Positions 12,701 through 23,500 of a stretch of 64,000 bases of DNA are shown here, one piece after another (position 1 is the first letter of the stretch; each line of letters starts with the position of its first letter). The notes under the pieces are model-generated. The model was not told the origin of the DNA. It ran no database searches and saw nothing but the letters and a program-made list of their open reading frames with translations. The stretch spans positions 7,254,001 to 7,318,000 of the forward strand of contig CM120641.1 of NCBI GenBank assembly GCA_051362555.1, read 5' to 3'. The position numbers and the translations under genes were made by a program. Source of the stretch: Lingula anatina (Eukaryota; Animalia; Brachiopoda).

Positions 12701-15700
12701 AGCTGAAACTTTAAGTGTAAGTATTACCAAAAATCTATGCAGTTGATAATGTTTTCTGGCATTAAACAAATAACAAAATCCATAGCCAGCCCAAAAGTGG
12801 GATCAAGCACATGTTCATTAGCTTGTGGCCTTTCACGTACCATCCACACATTTTCCATATCCACCACACTGCCTCTTGCAGTTGCCCACACCAGAACACC
12901 ACAGGTACCAGTTCACAGCATACTCATCTCTGATTGCCTTCTTTTGTATGGCCTCTATCTTCAGCAACCCCTCTGCCGTAGGGGTGAAGTAGTCATCCAG
13001 TCTATTCCGCTCATGCACCCTGCTTCCTCTCTTCCAACTCCCTGTATCTACGGCATTCTCCTGTCTTTGTAAATGGAGCAGGCTTCGTTTGACATGTCTC
13101 TTTCCTCTGACAAGATGGGTGTCTTTTAACACTTCATGTGTGGAGAGAAAATTCTTAAGTTCCACACCTACAGGGACTTCTATTATTTCTGCACCTTCGA
13201 GCAACTTTTTGTTTCTCTTAGCTTTTAAAATGTCTGCATTTCCAGAACCACCTGCTTTAGGTGAACCAGATTTACTATTTTCCCCATCTTCTTCAAAGTC
13301 ATAAACATCAGTCTGTGCACTGCTGGTTTCATCATTATCTGCTGTCTCTTGAAAAGATGCCCTCTGTTTGACCTTTTTCTTTAAACTAAGCCTCGTGCTC
13401 TTTCTAGACGGGGGACTGATCTCTGATGAAACATTCAAGTCACTGTTCTGATCAAGATGAGATTTCTGCTGATCCTTATCATGCAAAGCAACCACAGGGT
13501 TACTGTCACTACCACTTTGTGCACCTTCCTTACTTTTAGGGTTTTTCCCACTTGGATATTGTGGTACAACAGTAATCTCACCATCTGAAGTCATGTTTGT
13601 CAGATAAACAATTGTTTGTTGCTGTCTTGTAAGTCTCTGTGGAATCACTGAAGCCGAAGCAACTTGCTCATCTGTAGTTTTAGGTAGCTGTTTCTCTTGT
13701 AACTGTGTCTGTTGGTTCCTTGAAGATCTTAATGTTGCCTTTCTGTTCTTGACAGGTGGTTCCTGAGTAGAAAGCAGAACTTGCATTGGCTGGTAGCACA
13801 TTCACAGGTAAGTTGAATAGCGTCTTGTGGTCTACACATGCACAGACTAACCCACGTGTTACGTTCTCTTGGTTACCCATTAACAGACTAGTTGGTGTTG
13901 TTTTTTTGTAGTTAATGGGGTAAGTTTTTTTTTTAATTTCTATGTTTCCAAATGCATTAAAAATCACTTAATATGTTGTTTCTTTGATGTAATGTAAAAG
14001 GGGGCGGGTTTATATCTTTTTGCATTAATTGTTGTTCTTATTCCTTGTCTATGAATTATCAATTTAATAGCTGGATTAGGATAAAATCTTTTTTGTTTGA
14101 CAGTTATCATAAACCTATTCATCTGAAATTACTAACATTTGGTTAACATACAATGTATCATCAACAACATCAGCCTCCCCATTTTTTCCAAAAGAATATA
14201 GATTAAAACTTCATTTGAGAATTCCAAATGTGTGTATGCAGGCAATGCTGTTTTGATGTTGTACATATATATTTTTTGGCTGAACACTAATGAATTGTTG
14301 CAACATGAAGTAGTAGACACATCTTTGTAAAAAGCAATTTGGGCAACATATCCTTGCATTGATTAGGATTTTTGAAAATAGTGATCAGTAAACAAAAATT
14401 TCACCCAATTAAAAATAATTGAATTAGATAGTAGTCTACATTGAACTTATCCGATTTTTATAAATTATGCTTATAAAATTGTCTTACTGGGGTTGTCTCT
14501 GCCTGCAGATGGGTGTGTGTTGTGACCACATTCTCCTTATTTCCTTGGAGCAAGTCCACAGCATGGGGAATGGCAGGTGTTACAAACTCCAGACATTCCT
14601 AGAGAAGACAGTGTTAGCATAACAAACACTTCTGAATTATTGTACACACAGCATTTTAATGCTCCTCTATAGAAATTCATGACAATAAGGCTACTGGTCT
14701 TTAATTGTTTAGCTAAAAAGAATCAACTGAAACATACCAAGGATCTAAAAACAGCTGAGTTTTAAGTTACCTGAGAACCTTTTTTACTTCCAGGTAAATT
14801 AATAATCAAGGTGCTTCCTCTTGTTCCACAAACAAGCCTGAAAGTAAAGCAATAAATCAAATACCATCTCATAAAGATAGAGTCCTGTCTCCATGCACAA
14901 CTCATTTTATCATCAGTGGCAAGTTAAACAATCATTAAAACAATATCTGTACTTAGGGTGCATTCCCAGAGATTTAGGGTGCATTCCCATAGATTTTAGA
15001 TCGATCTATCCCCGTGGGGAGTCTCACTAGATCACTGTCAGATAATCCGGCTTAAATGTCCGTCCCGCCTACTACAAGCTGTAAGGGGGTAATTAACTTC
15101 CGTGCCCGCTCGACTGACAGCTATTTAGCGTGAATCCCCAGGGAATTAGGTCGATCTAAATTGGATCGATCTAATCTCTGGGAATGGGGTCTTAGATCGA
15201 CCTAACTCCCTGGGGGTTCACGCTAAATTGCAGTCAGTCGAGCGCGCACCATAGTTAATTGCCCTCTTACAGCTTTTAGTAGGCGGGACAGACGCTTAAG
15301 CCGGCTAAGCTGACAGTAATCTAGTGAGACTCCCCACAGGGATAGATTGATCTAAAATCTATGGAAATGGGGTCTTAGTGTCTGAGCTTTTAATTAAATG
15401 CTATGTCCCTAAATTGTTCATGTTATAGGTGTATCACATACATCTTACTGTCAGTAATATGATATATGCACAAGTGCAGGGCACAAGTGGATGCCACATA
15501 TACCTTGTTGACAAGTATCACATCTCTGAGTTATACCATGGCAGATATTGAGAACAAAAGACCCAGATAAGCAGTATCTCTCATTGATGTGCAACATACA
15601 TGTACTGTATGTGCAATACATCATGCTTGGGGTTTTTGGGGTCTGATATCTGCAATATGGTATAATAATATTTCCCTTGTTAATTCTAACCCACCTTGAT

Positions 15701-18700
15701 AACATAGCTAAGGGAGTGACATCCAAGGAGGCTTTAATCATGGCTATGGTCATCCCTGGTGCTTCCTTGTGCAGAATGCTCTTTGTAGCCTGTGATGAAA
15801 AATAATGTTCATAATAAATCAACAACAACAACTGAATAGTAAAACAAGAAAAACATATTTAAACAGCAGCTGTAACCTACCTCCTTCTAGATGTGCTTTT
15901 GTTAATTAAACAGGAGGGAAAAGATTCGTATTAATGTTATCATATCTAACTAGCAAAATGTGCAGCTAATGAACATTATTTCTAGGCAAGAATATCTGAC
16001 TTGCTACCAGTATTCATACACAATGTAATTCTTCCATAATCAAGCAGTGTTCTCCAAGACCATAGGCCAGAAGACTGTTACCTCTGGTGTAACATCCCTG
16101 GGAGCAAACCCTGTCCCCCCAGTGGTCAGGATAAGGTCAAGCTTTAGGGCATCACTCCATATTGTCAGCTTTTCCTAAAGGGAAAGTTAACATTTAGATT
16201 TTGATGGATTAATTACCGAATTTCTTCACTGCAAGATTGCATTTCTTATATTAAAATGTCACATCCATACATGTCACTGGGTGTTTAAATTTACATTTAA
16301 AGGATAACAACTGTTCATTCTGGCCAAAAATGGAATTTTTGTGGGGTAAAGGTCAATTTACCCATACTTAACAGTGGTAAATGAATCCATTCCAACATTC
16401 AAAGTTAGTTCCTGGGTTTTTTTTTTAAGTTTGTTTTTTAAGGGATTACTACAAAGGGTAGCCATCTATAGAAGTCACATGGCTCAATGGCAAGCAGATT
16501 CCAGAATAATTGCAATAACCACTGTTGTGGTGGTAAAAAACAATTTATTATATTTCTGAGTTGTTTACAATGTATTTATTGGGAAATATGGATCTCATAT
16601 GAAGTTGTTATCCCTTTAAAAAATCAACCATTACTCCACTAGCTCTGACAATGAAATATCAATTACATAAGTAGGATTAAGGGTTTTAAAAAATAGTAAC
16701 TGGTATATTACTAGGTGTTGTATCCATCTGCAATCTTCTCTAAATCTTATATTCATTTTTTACCTTTATCTGCTCAATATCATCTGGCACACAGGACTGA
16801 ACAACCACCTTGCCAGGGATACTGAAATGAAGATAAAGAAATATAAATAACAACCTGCATGTTACTTAAGGGACTGTTCAGAATGTTTTGTGTTGACCTA
16901 TTCAATGCACATTAACTCTACAGGGACTCTCCCTGAATGCAATCAGATTAACAGACTAAGAGGCCTCCTTTTGAGCCGCGTGAGAGGCGGAGAGACCATA
17001 ACAGGATTAAGCGGTCTTTCTTTTATGTAGGGTCTGCCATATTTGAGCCTTGGACCAGTTGATACTCGGATCTTCTATTCTGAATGGCCCCTAAGATCCA
17101 CAAGGACTTAGACTTAATGCTTACTGTTATCATTATACTAAAATATGCATTTGCAATTCATTTGTTGTTGTTGATTTACTTAATAAACATAAACCCCAAT
17201 TTACCATTACATCTACAACTAGTTCAAGTAAAGTATACATGGACTGTGTGTAAACTTTTCAATCTTTCACCTTAACTTACATTTTCTTGTCTTCAATAAG
17301 AATCTTTAAATTTGCTGAACTTTTATCTTCTGCTTTGCCTTCAAAACAGGAGTCGCTGGCTGTAAGATGTTAAAACATTTGCTGTGCATATTACAGTGTT
17401 ATAGTAATAAGAATTGAGATTTGAGGGCGCATAAAATCAAACAGCACAAAAACTGCAGAATATCATGCAAAGTAATAATATTAAATATAATTACTCAATT
17501 AAACACTTATTAAAAGTAGCATGAAAATTCATATGTTAGCACTTCTATTTTACATTTTCTGATACACTGTATATGCTAACTGATATATATGTATAGCACA
17601 TATAATACATATCATACAGACAAGATAATATATGACACTTTGCCAGGCTAATCGAGATCTTTGACTGGGTTCCCATCCCTAGATCGATCCATCTGGATTG
17701 GTCTAACTCCCTGGGGAGTCTCACTAAATTGTTATCAACTAACCTGCTTAAATGTCTGTCAGGCATACTGAATCAGCTAGGGGGTAAAGATAATTACCCC
17801 CTAACAGCTTTACTAGGCGCAACAGACATTTAAGCCAGCCAAGTTGACAGCAATTTAGTGAAACTCCCCAGGGAGATAGATCGATCCAAATATCTGTAAG
17901 AATGGCCCCTTAGTCTCTTGGGCTGCATTCAGAACAGTGGACTAGCTAGTTAAATAGGGTCGCCATATTGACCCTCGGACTTGTTAGTCCCCTATTATGA
18001 ATAGGGCTTTTGACTCTTTTGAGAGTGAAATATTGTACCAGTTGGATCAACCCAACTCTGTGGGCCGGGATTCTCGCTTAAGTGCATTCAGCAAAGTCAG
18101 CTTAATTGTCTGACATATCTCCTTGAATAGCTAGTTAATTAGACCGCATTCACAATGATTTGAGCCAGGCTTTACAAATCTAGGGACTAAATATGGCGGA
18201 CGTACATGAAAGGAAAACCGCCTAATCTTTTAATAGTCTCTCCGCCTCTCACACGCCTCCCCACACGTCGTCCCTGCGGGGTACAGTCATTAAATCTCGG
18301 CTCCGTTCGCCATGCGGAAGCTACCTGAGAAATATTAAATGTGCATGCTCATCAATTAAACTCAAGGTGAAGAAAGCATGGCAGCTGGAGGCGATCGAAG
18401 GAAAAAAGCTCTTCTGTTCTATTATCTTTCAAAACAGAGACGAAAAAGAAATGAATTGGCCCGTAGAGCAGCAATGAACCGGCTATCTACGGAGATAATG
18501 TCACCATAGATATTCACAGAGATACCCAGCCCCAGTAGACAGAGGAGGAGGAGGGCAGAATTTTTGCGTATGCAGTCTCGTCAGAGGGCGCAGTTCGTTC
18601 TGATGCTGATGTTTGCCTTGTTCCCTATGCCTGATCGAACTGGAAAGGGAGGGGGTGTTTTCACGATTTTGATCCCGATTCATAGCTGCTCTACGGGCCA

Positions 18701-19461
18701 ATTCATTTCTTTTTCTCAGGTAGCTTCCACGTGGCGAACGGAGCCGAGATTTAATGACTGTACCTCGCAGGGACGACGTGTGAGAAGGCGTGTGAGAGGC
18801 GGAGAGACTATTAAAAGATTAGGCGGTTTTCCTTTCATGTATGTCCACCATATTTAGTCCCAGAATTTGTAAAGCCTGGCTCAAATCATTGTGAATGCGG
18901 TCTTAGTTTATCACCACCTAGAAACTCAATGAGGCCCTCCTACATTTAAGCCGATTACAGTTATTGCACTTGGGCAGAACCTCCAGCAGAGTTAGATCGA
19001 TCCAGCTAGTACGATGGGTTTATCTGAACGCTCCCTACATTTGTCCAATCAGTATGCCTCTGTCGTGACGCTGGTAACGCTTACATAGTACAGCTAGGAG
19101 CCTAAAAGGTTGTAACTGTTCAATATCAACTAACATGAACAATCGGACTTACGTGCAAAGTTATAAGAAACCGTAACTTACACCCCTTTGGGAATAGGGT
19201 CACAGATCCCCAGATTTTTGCCTCAGATTTCGGCTTAATTGCAACCTAAATTTTCTCAAGTTCGAATCATGGGGCAACCAAGATCGGTGCGCATATGTTG
19301 GTTTTTGCCCAGAAATTATATAATTGTGTCATAGAACAGTTTTTTCTAAATAGTCTAACTAAACCTGTTGTACATTAGATCTACATGTATGTGAATGCAT
19401 CACCTGTTAGAATGCCTATTTTGATTTTAGTGCCATGTTCCATTTCCGAACTCGTCGCCAT
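4923..19461 (-). CDS. GPHN: Gephyrin (MogA-like G domain, His-rich linker, MoeA-like E domain); multi-exon, 3' end outside window
   Basis: GT-AG exons in consistent phase: 19461-19404, 17359-17281, 16821-16764, 16174-16082, 15789-15695, 14837-14771, 14598-14488, 10035-9969, 9376-9245, 9009-8917, 8586-8531, 7052-6874, 6602-6449, 5044-4923. Motifs: [46 protein letters not shown] (G domain); [69 protein letters not shown] (E domain). The next expected exon (GGVSMG) was not found in 1-4922. Confidence 0.96.
6725..6769. repeat. Poly(A) tract
   Basis: ~45 consecutive A. Confidence 0.9.
10450..10501 (-). promoter_or_regulatory. Candidate polyadenylation signal for the intronic coding unit
   Basis: AATAAA on the minus strand at 10501-10496, followed by a GU-rich tract (ttctgttgttttgtgt), upstream of gephyrin exon 8. 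Other AATAAA copies at 11319-11314 and 10765-10760. Confidence 0.4.
11650..13762 (-). CDS. Two-exon ~598-codon coding unit inside gephyrin intron 7; probable alternative 3' exons of gephyrin (Cys/His Zn-finger-like plus HTH-like), or a nested same-strand gene
   Basis: Exon A 13762-12841 (acceptor ttctgctttctactcag|GAA, phase 0; donor GATG|gtacgt). Exon B 12524-11650 (acceptor ttttttttctctag|GT; stop TAA). The two long ORFs join in frame across the motif [24 protein letters not shown]|[37 protein letters not shown]. Confidence 0.88.
14955..15375. mobile_element. Foldback MITE, PIF/Harbinger (Tourist)-like
   Basis: Long inverted arms (catagattttagatcgatctatcccc...gagtctcactagat versus atctagtgagactcccc...tctaaaatctatg) with TTA flanks. 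Related copies at ~17666-17910 and ~45524-45585. Confidence 0.75.
16870..17091. mobile_element. Degenerate MITE of the G(G/A)CCNCATTC-terminus family
   Basis: Ends gggactgttcagaat and attctgaatggcccc; internal gtgagaggcggagagac shared with the 18142 element. Confidence 0.55.
17666..17910. mobile_element. MITE related to the 14955 element
   Basis: Inverted arms ctccctggggagtctcactaaattg versus caatttagtgaaactccccaggga; ends gaatggcccc-tta. Confidence 0.65.
18142..18902. mobile_element. Young PIF/Harbinger-like MITE with ~190-bp near-perfect TIRs and TTA target duplication
   Basis: tta|GACCGCATTCACAATGATTTGAGCCAGG ... CCTGGCTCAAATCATTGTGAATGCGGTC|tta. Confidence 0.88.
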
Positions 19462-19999
19462 TTTGCGTTGCCGAACTCGACTAAATAGCCTCAAAACAAC
19501 TTAAACAAAATAGTTTATTTATATTTATCTTTCACAAAATTTACGTGTTATGTTTCCTATTTCTCATATTTTTGTTTTTTATATTTAAATTGAGAGAATA
19601 AGTAAGAAGCTCAATTTTATGTAAATAATATGTACAATTAGTATTTTTTCTATAATTTGGAGATTAATGTCTCAGGGGGTGGTGCCTGTCTGCGAGTGGA
19701 ACATAAGTTTATACATGTGATGATAGTGTCAAGTCTCTCTGCGTCAAAAACAATAATTTGATATTATTTTGTAGATAAGAGCCGTACAGTCAGTCAGTAC
19801 CACAATTATTATATTTTGCAGGTAACGTTTACACAGGAATTCTCTAGGCGGGATGATTTTAGTTTACTCTCAGTCGTAGTCGACATTGATCAGCTGTTTA
19901 TTTGTTTTGGTACTTCTGCGTTTTGGGCCGGTTTACTTTATCTGGCATTTTAAGGTTATATTTGCACCACGATGACCAAGCGACTTCAGAATCACTGTC
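19462..19999. promoter_or_regulatory. Putative bidirectional promoter / 5' UTR region shared by gephyrin and TPC3
   Basis: The divergent start codons (19461 minus, 20000 plus) are separated by only 538 bp. Confidence 0.6.
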
Positions 20000-20457
20000 A
20001 TGTCAGCAGAAAGTGAAGTGGAGACGAACGGTACACCCGTGTTAGTACATTTCCAAACTGACCCTCTCAGTACTTCAGTGTCTGAAGTCGAAAATGGAGA
20101 TGTTGCTGCCGTTGAGATAGTAGCTGTTGCTGCACCAAAAGTTGGTGATGAGCTCAAAGATGATGTAAGTATGAACTCTTCGATCAAGCTCTCAGATTAC
20201 TTGTATTGCATTGATTTAAATGGATAAACATTTATTCATTGTGCAACTATTTATGGTCTGTCTTTGAGATTAAGTGCTCAATGCATAATGGTAGATAAAT
20301 TATATAAAAGTTAAGATACCTAAACAAATGCATTAATGAATAAATGAGTACATAAATTTCACATGGATGTTTTATTCTGTTATTTAAAAAAAAAATTAAT
20401 TAAAATGTACAAATATTTAAAGAAATTTCTATATTTTTTATGAGTTTTATGGACAGA

Positions 20458-20517
<60 letters not shown>

Positions 20518-23500
20518 CACTCGATATATAGCACTCGTCTGCATCTAACTCTAAGGAAAGCTTACAAGAGTGATTCTTAGGAACAAAATAATGTTTGTTT
20601 ATCATTATTTATTATTTGATTAATTGCGACAGAATACAGATTCAAGAATGAGGGTTCCATGGGGGGAGAGGGGTACTGATCACAGTTCACAGGAAATGCA
20701 ATTAACAATCCACAAATCACAGTAAATGATATTTTTTCTCCCCACCTTTTATGGTTAAAGGAAATGACACCACATTACACAATAGGAATCTATTATTTTA
20801 CCTATTAGGTTAAAAAATATAAAGGTGTTATTCATCTCTGGTAAACTGTGTTTACCCAAACAAGGTTAGGAATTAGAACAATGGGTTAACACCCATTGTA
20901 TTAACACAGAATAGGAAGTGACTCCAAAGTCCCAAAAGCTGAAATATAACCATAAAACAGAGCAAAAAATCCTCGCCTTTTTTATTTTCCTCAAAAATCC
21001 GTAGCAGTTATAAATAAAACTTTATTCATATCTCATTGACAATGCAGAAACTATGAGTTGAGAATCACAAATCACATGGTGTAATGACTTTGTTTTACAA
21101 AAGGTGTAGAATGAAAAGCCCCATTCACGGGAATGGGGTGCTTCACCAATCGTATTAAATGATATGAAAATTTCACACATCTCTGTAAATAAAAAGTAGC
21201 TTCCACAGGTAACAGATATGTATTCCCAGTGGGATCCTCCAGAATATATACTGATTTTAATTCAAGAACAATTTGTTTCAGGATCTTCTGCTTGCAGCCA
21301 CACTTGTTCAAGATGCAGTGCATGGACAAGATATTGGGTTTAAAACAGATCCTGCATCTGTCAGGTATAGTTATATATTTGATTTCTAAGATTTGATTAA
21401 ATATGTATAGATTTTTTAAAAACTACTCAGCTACAAAGCTAATGAATCTACAACTGTCTTTGGGCAACATGTGGACAACAGATGCATGCAACTAGGCTTT
21501 CTAGTAGTTTTAAATATAAGGTTTGCAGCCAGTGCTCATAGATGTATCAGCACTGGTACTTTAACCAAGATAAAGCCAAACTTGATGGGAACACAACTTA
21601 TTTGTTTCAGAGCATATCGCTTGTATAACCATAGAGCAATGAGATGGGGTCTGTACTTTGCCATCTTACTGAATTTGTGCCTGGGTCTTTTTGAAAAACC
21701 TGCAACCTGGCCTCTCCCAATATGGGTAATGGCAAAATTTTTTATTTGAAAAAAATTAACTTCCTGTATTTTGAATATTTTAATAAAACATTATATGATA
21801 TCTCCAAAATGAAATGTAATATAGTTTGGTGTTTATTTTTTAACTTTCTTCCTTTATCTATTTCAAAGATAGTATTTATTTCACAGAAGTTAATATATGA
21901 ATATAAATTGAATGTGATAATGAGACAACTAGTACATTGTTTTTTTAACCACATAATGTACACAAATTAGTAAACTTGAACGTCCAATTTTTCAGGCCAC
22001 CATCAGTGTAGAAGGACTGGTGCATGCCTTTTACATTTTTAGATTTTTTCATGGGAAACATTTTGCAAAACCTGGATTTTGGAAAGATACGAAGCATGTA
22101 GTTGTTTTGGTCACCATTATAGTAAGTATATCTACATTTGCCTTCAACATAATTTTGTGATTATACCATATAAAATTGCAAATTATATTTAATTAACTTT
22201 GATTTTTAGAATATTTCTCTGTTTATCTGTTGTGGCATCTGTTTATAGATTCTGCTTGGTTTTAGTTGACCTGTCTAGATATGATAATCTACATATTTTG
22301 GATTAACCTGGCCCCCTATGCACACCCAGTTAGATGGTCAAGAGCTCTCAGGCCATTATATATGATCAATTTTGCTGAAGGAAGACAGGTTAGTACTCTG
22401 TTTTGTCATTTTATTGATCAATTTTATTAATGTTGATTTTATTGATCAGTTTTATGCAAAGTGAATTAATTAAGTAACTGGCATTTGAATTTAAATGGGT
22501 TCTATAAAGATAATTTATTATTTAAGTTGGTTTCTAAAGTTAAATAAGTTGACAGAAAATTTCTTGAGTTTTCGCCATAGAGGCAAAATACATTTTCCTT
22601 CCTTTTTTTTAATAATTGTAATTTCTTCTTTCAGATTAGAAGAGCCTTTAGGAACATACGCCGTACCCTGCCAGGCATTCTAAATGTACTAGTTTTATTT
22701 TTCTGTAGTGTGCTTTTATTTGCCCTAATGGGCTTGAAAATATTCCAAAAAAGGTAAGTAAGATAGTAACCTTTCATTTTTTAGACTTGCTTGAAAAAAT
22801 GATAGATATCAGCACTGAGTAAACATACTTGACTTGATACTTGACTGATATAAATGGCATATATAACCATTATTTGTAGATTAAAAGATTATATTCAGTG
22901 GAGATGGCTTGACCTAATTTGTTACAGTGTATGACCCATCACAGCAGTCTGTCAAGTTCAGATTTATTTGTCCTAGACATTCAGCTAACCCAGTGGTATG
23001 CAGCCTCACTTGATAACAGGATAATGTAAGAGTTAGATACCTGTGAAAGTTGAAGATGGGTTGATCAAACAGAGAGGGGTCAACCCATTTGTACTGGAAA
23101 TGTTCCTTAAGTTAAGCACAGTGGTAAATGAAAAGACAATACAATACAATACAATGCTGTCACTTGTAGGGCTCCCGCACAGTAAAGATGCATTACCAGG
23201 AAACCTTGAACCTTTTGAACATATATGAATGATGCATAGGACTAGAATACAGCTCAAGTTAGAAACTAGAATGGTTGGATTTTTATCTTGAAGTTCTGGG
23301 TTTTCTTATTATATTTGATCTTTTTGCTTACTCAGAAATGAGATACAGTGAAAACTGAGATGGAAGTTAAGATAAAGGGTGCAAAAACAAAAGAAAAACA
23401 AAAAATTGTAGAGCAGCAAAGCTGAGTGAACTGTGTTGAGGTTGAAACCTTGCAAATAGATAGTGAAGCATGTCTTCTTTTTTTGGGAGGGAGGGGTGCA

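Noticed and set aside
11650-13801. Intronic ORFs as an intact transposon
   Set aside because: No TIRs, TSD, DDE or RT motifs are visible, and the unit contains a canonical spliceosomal intron.
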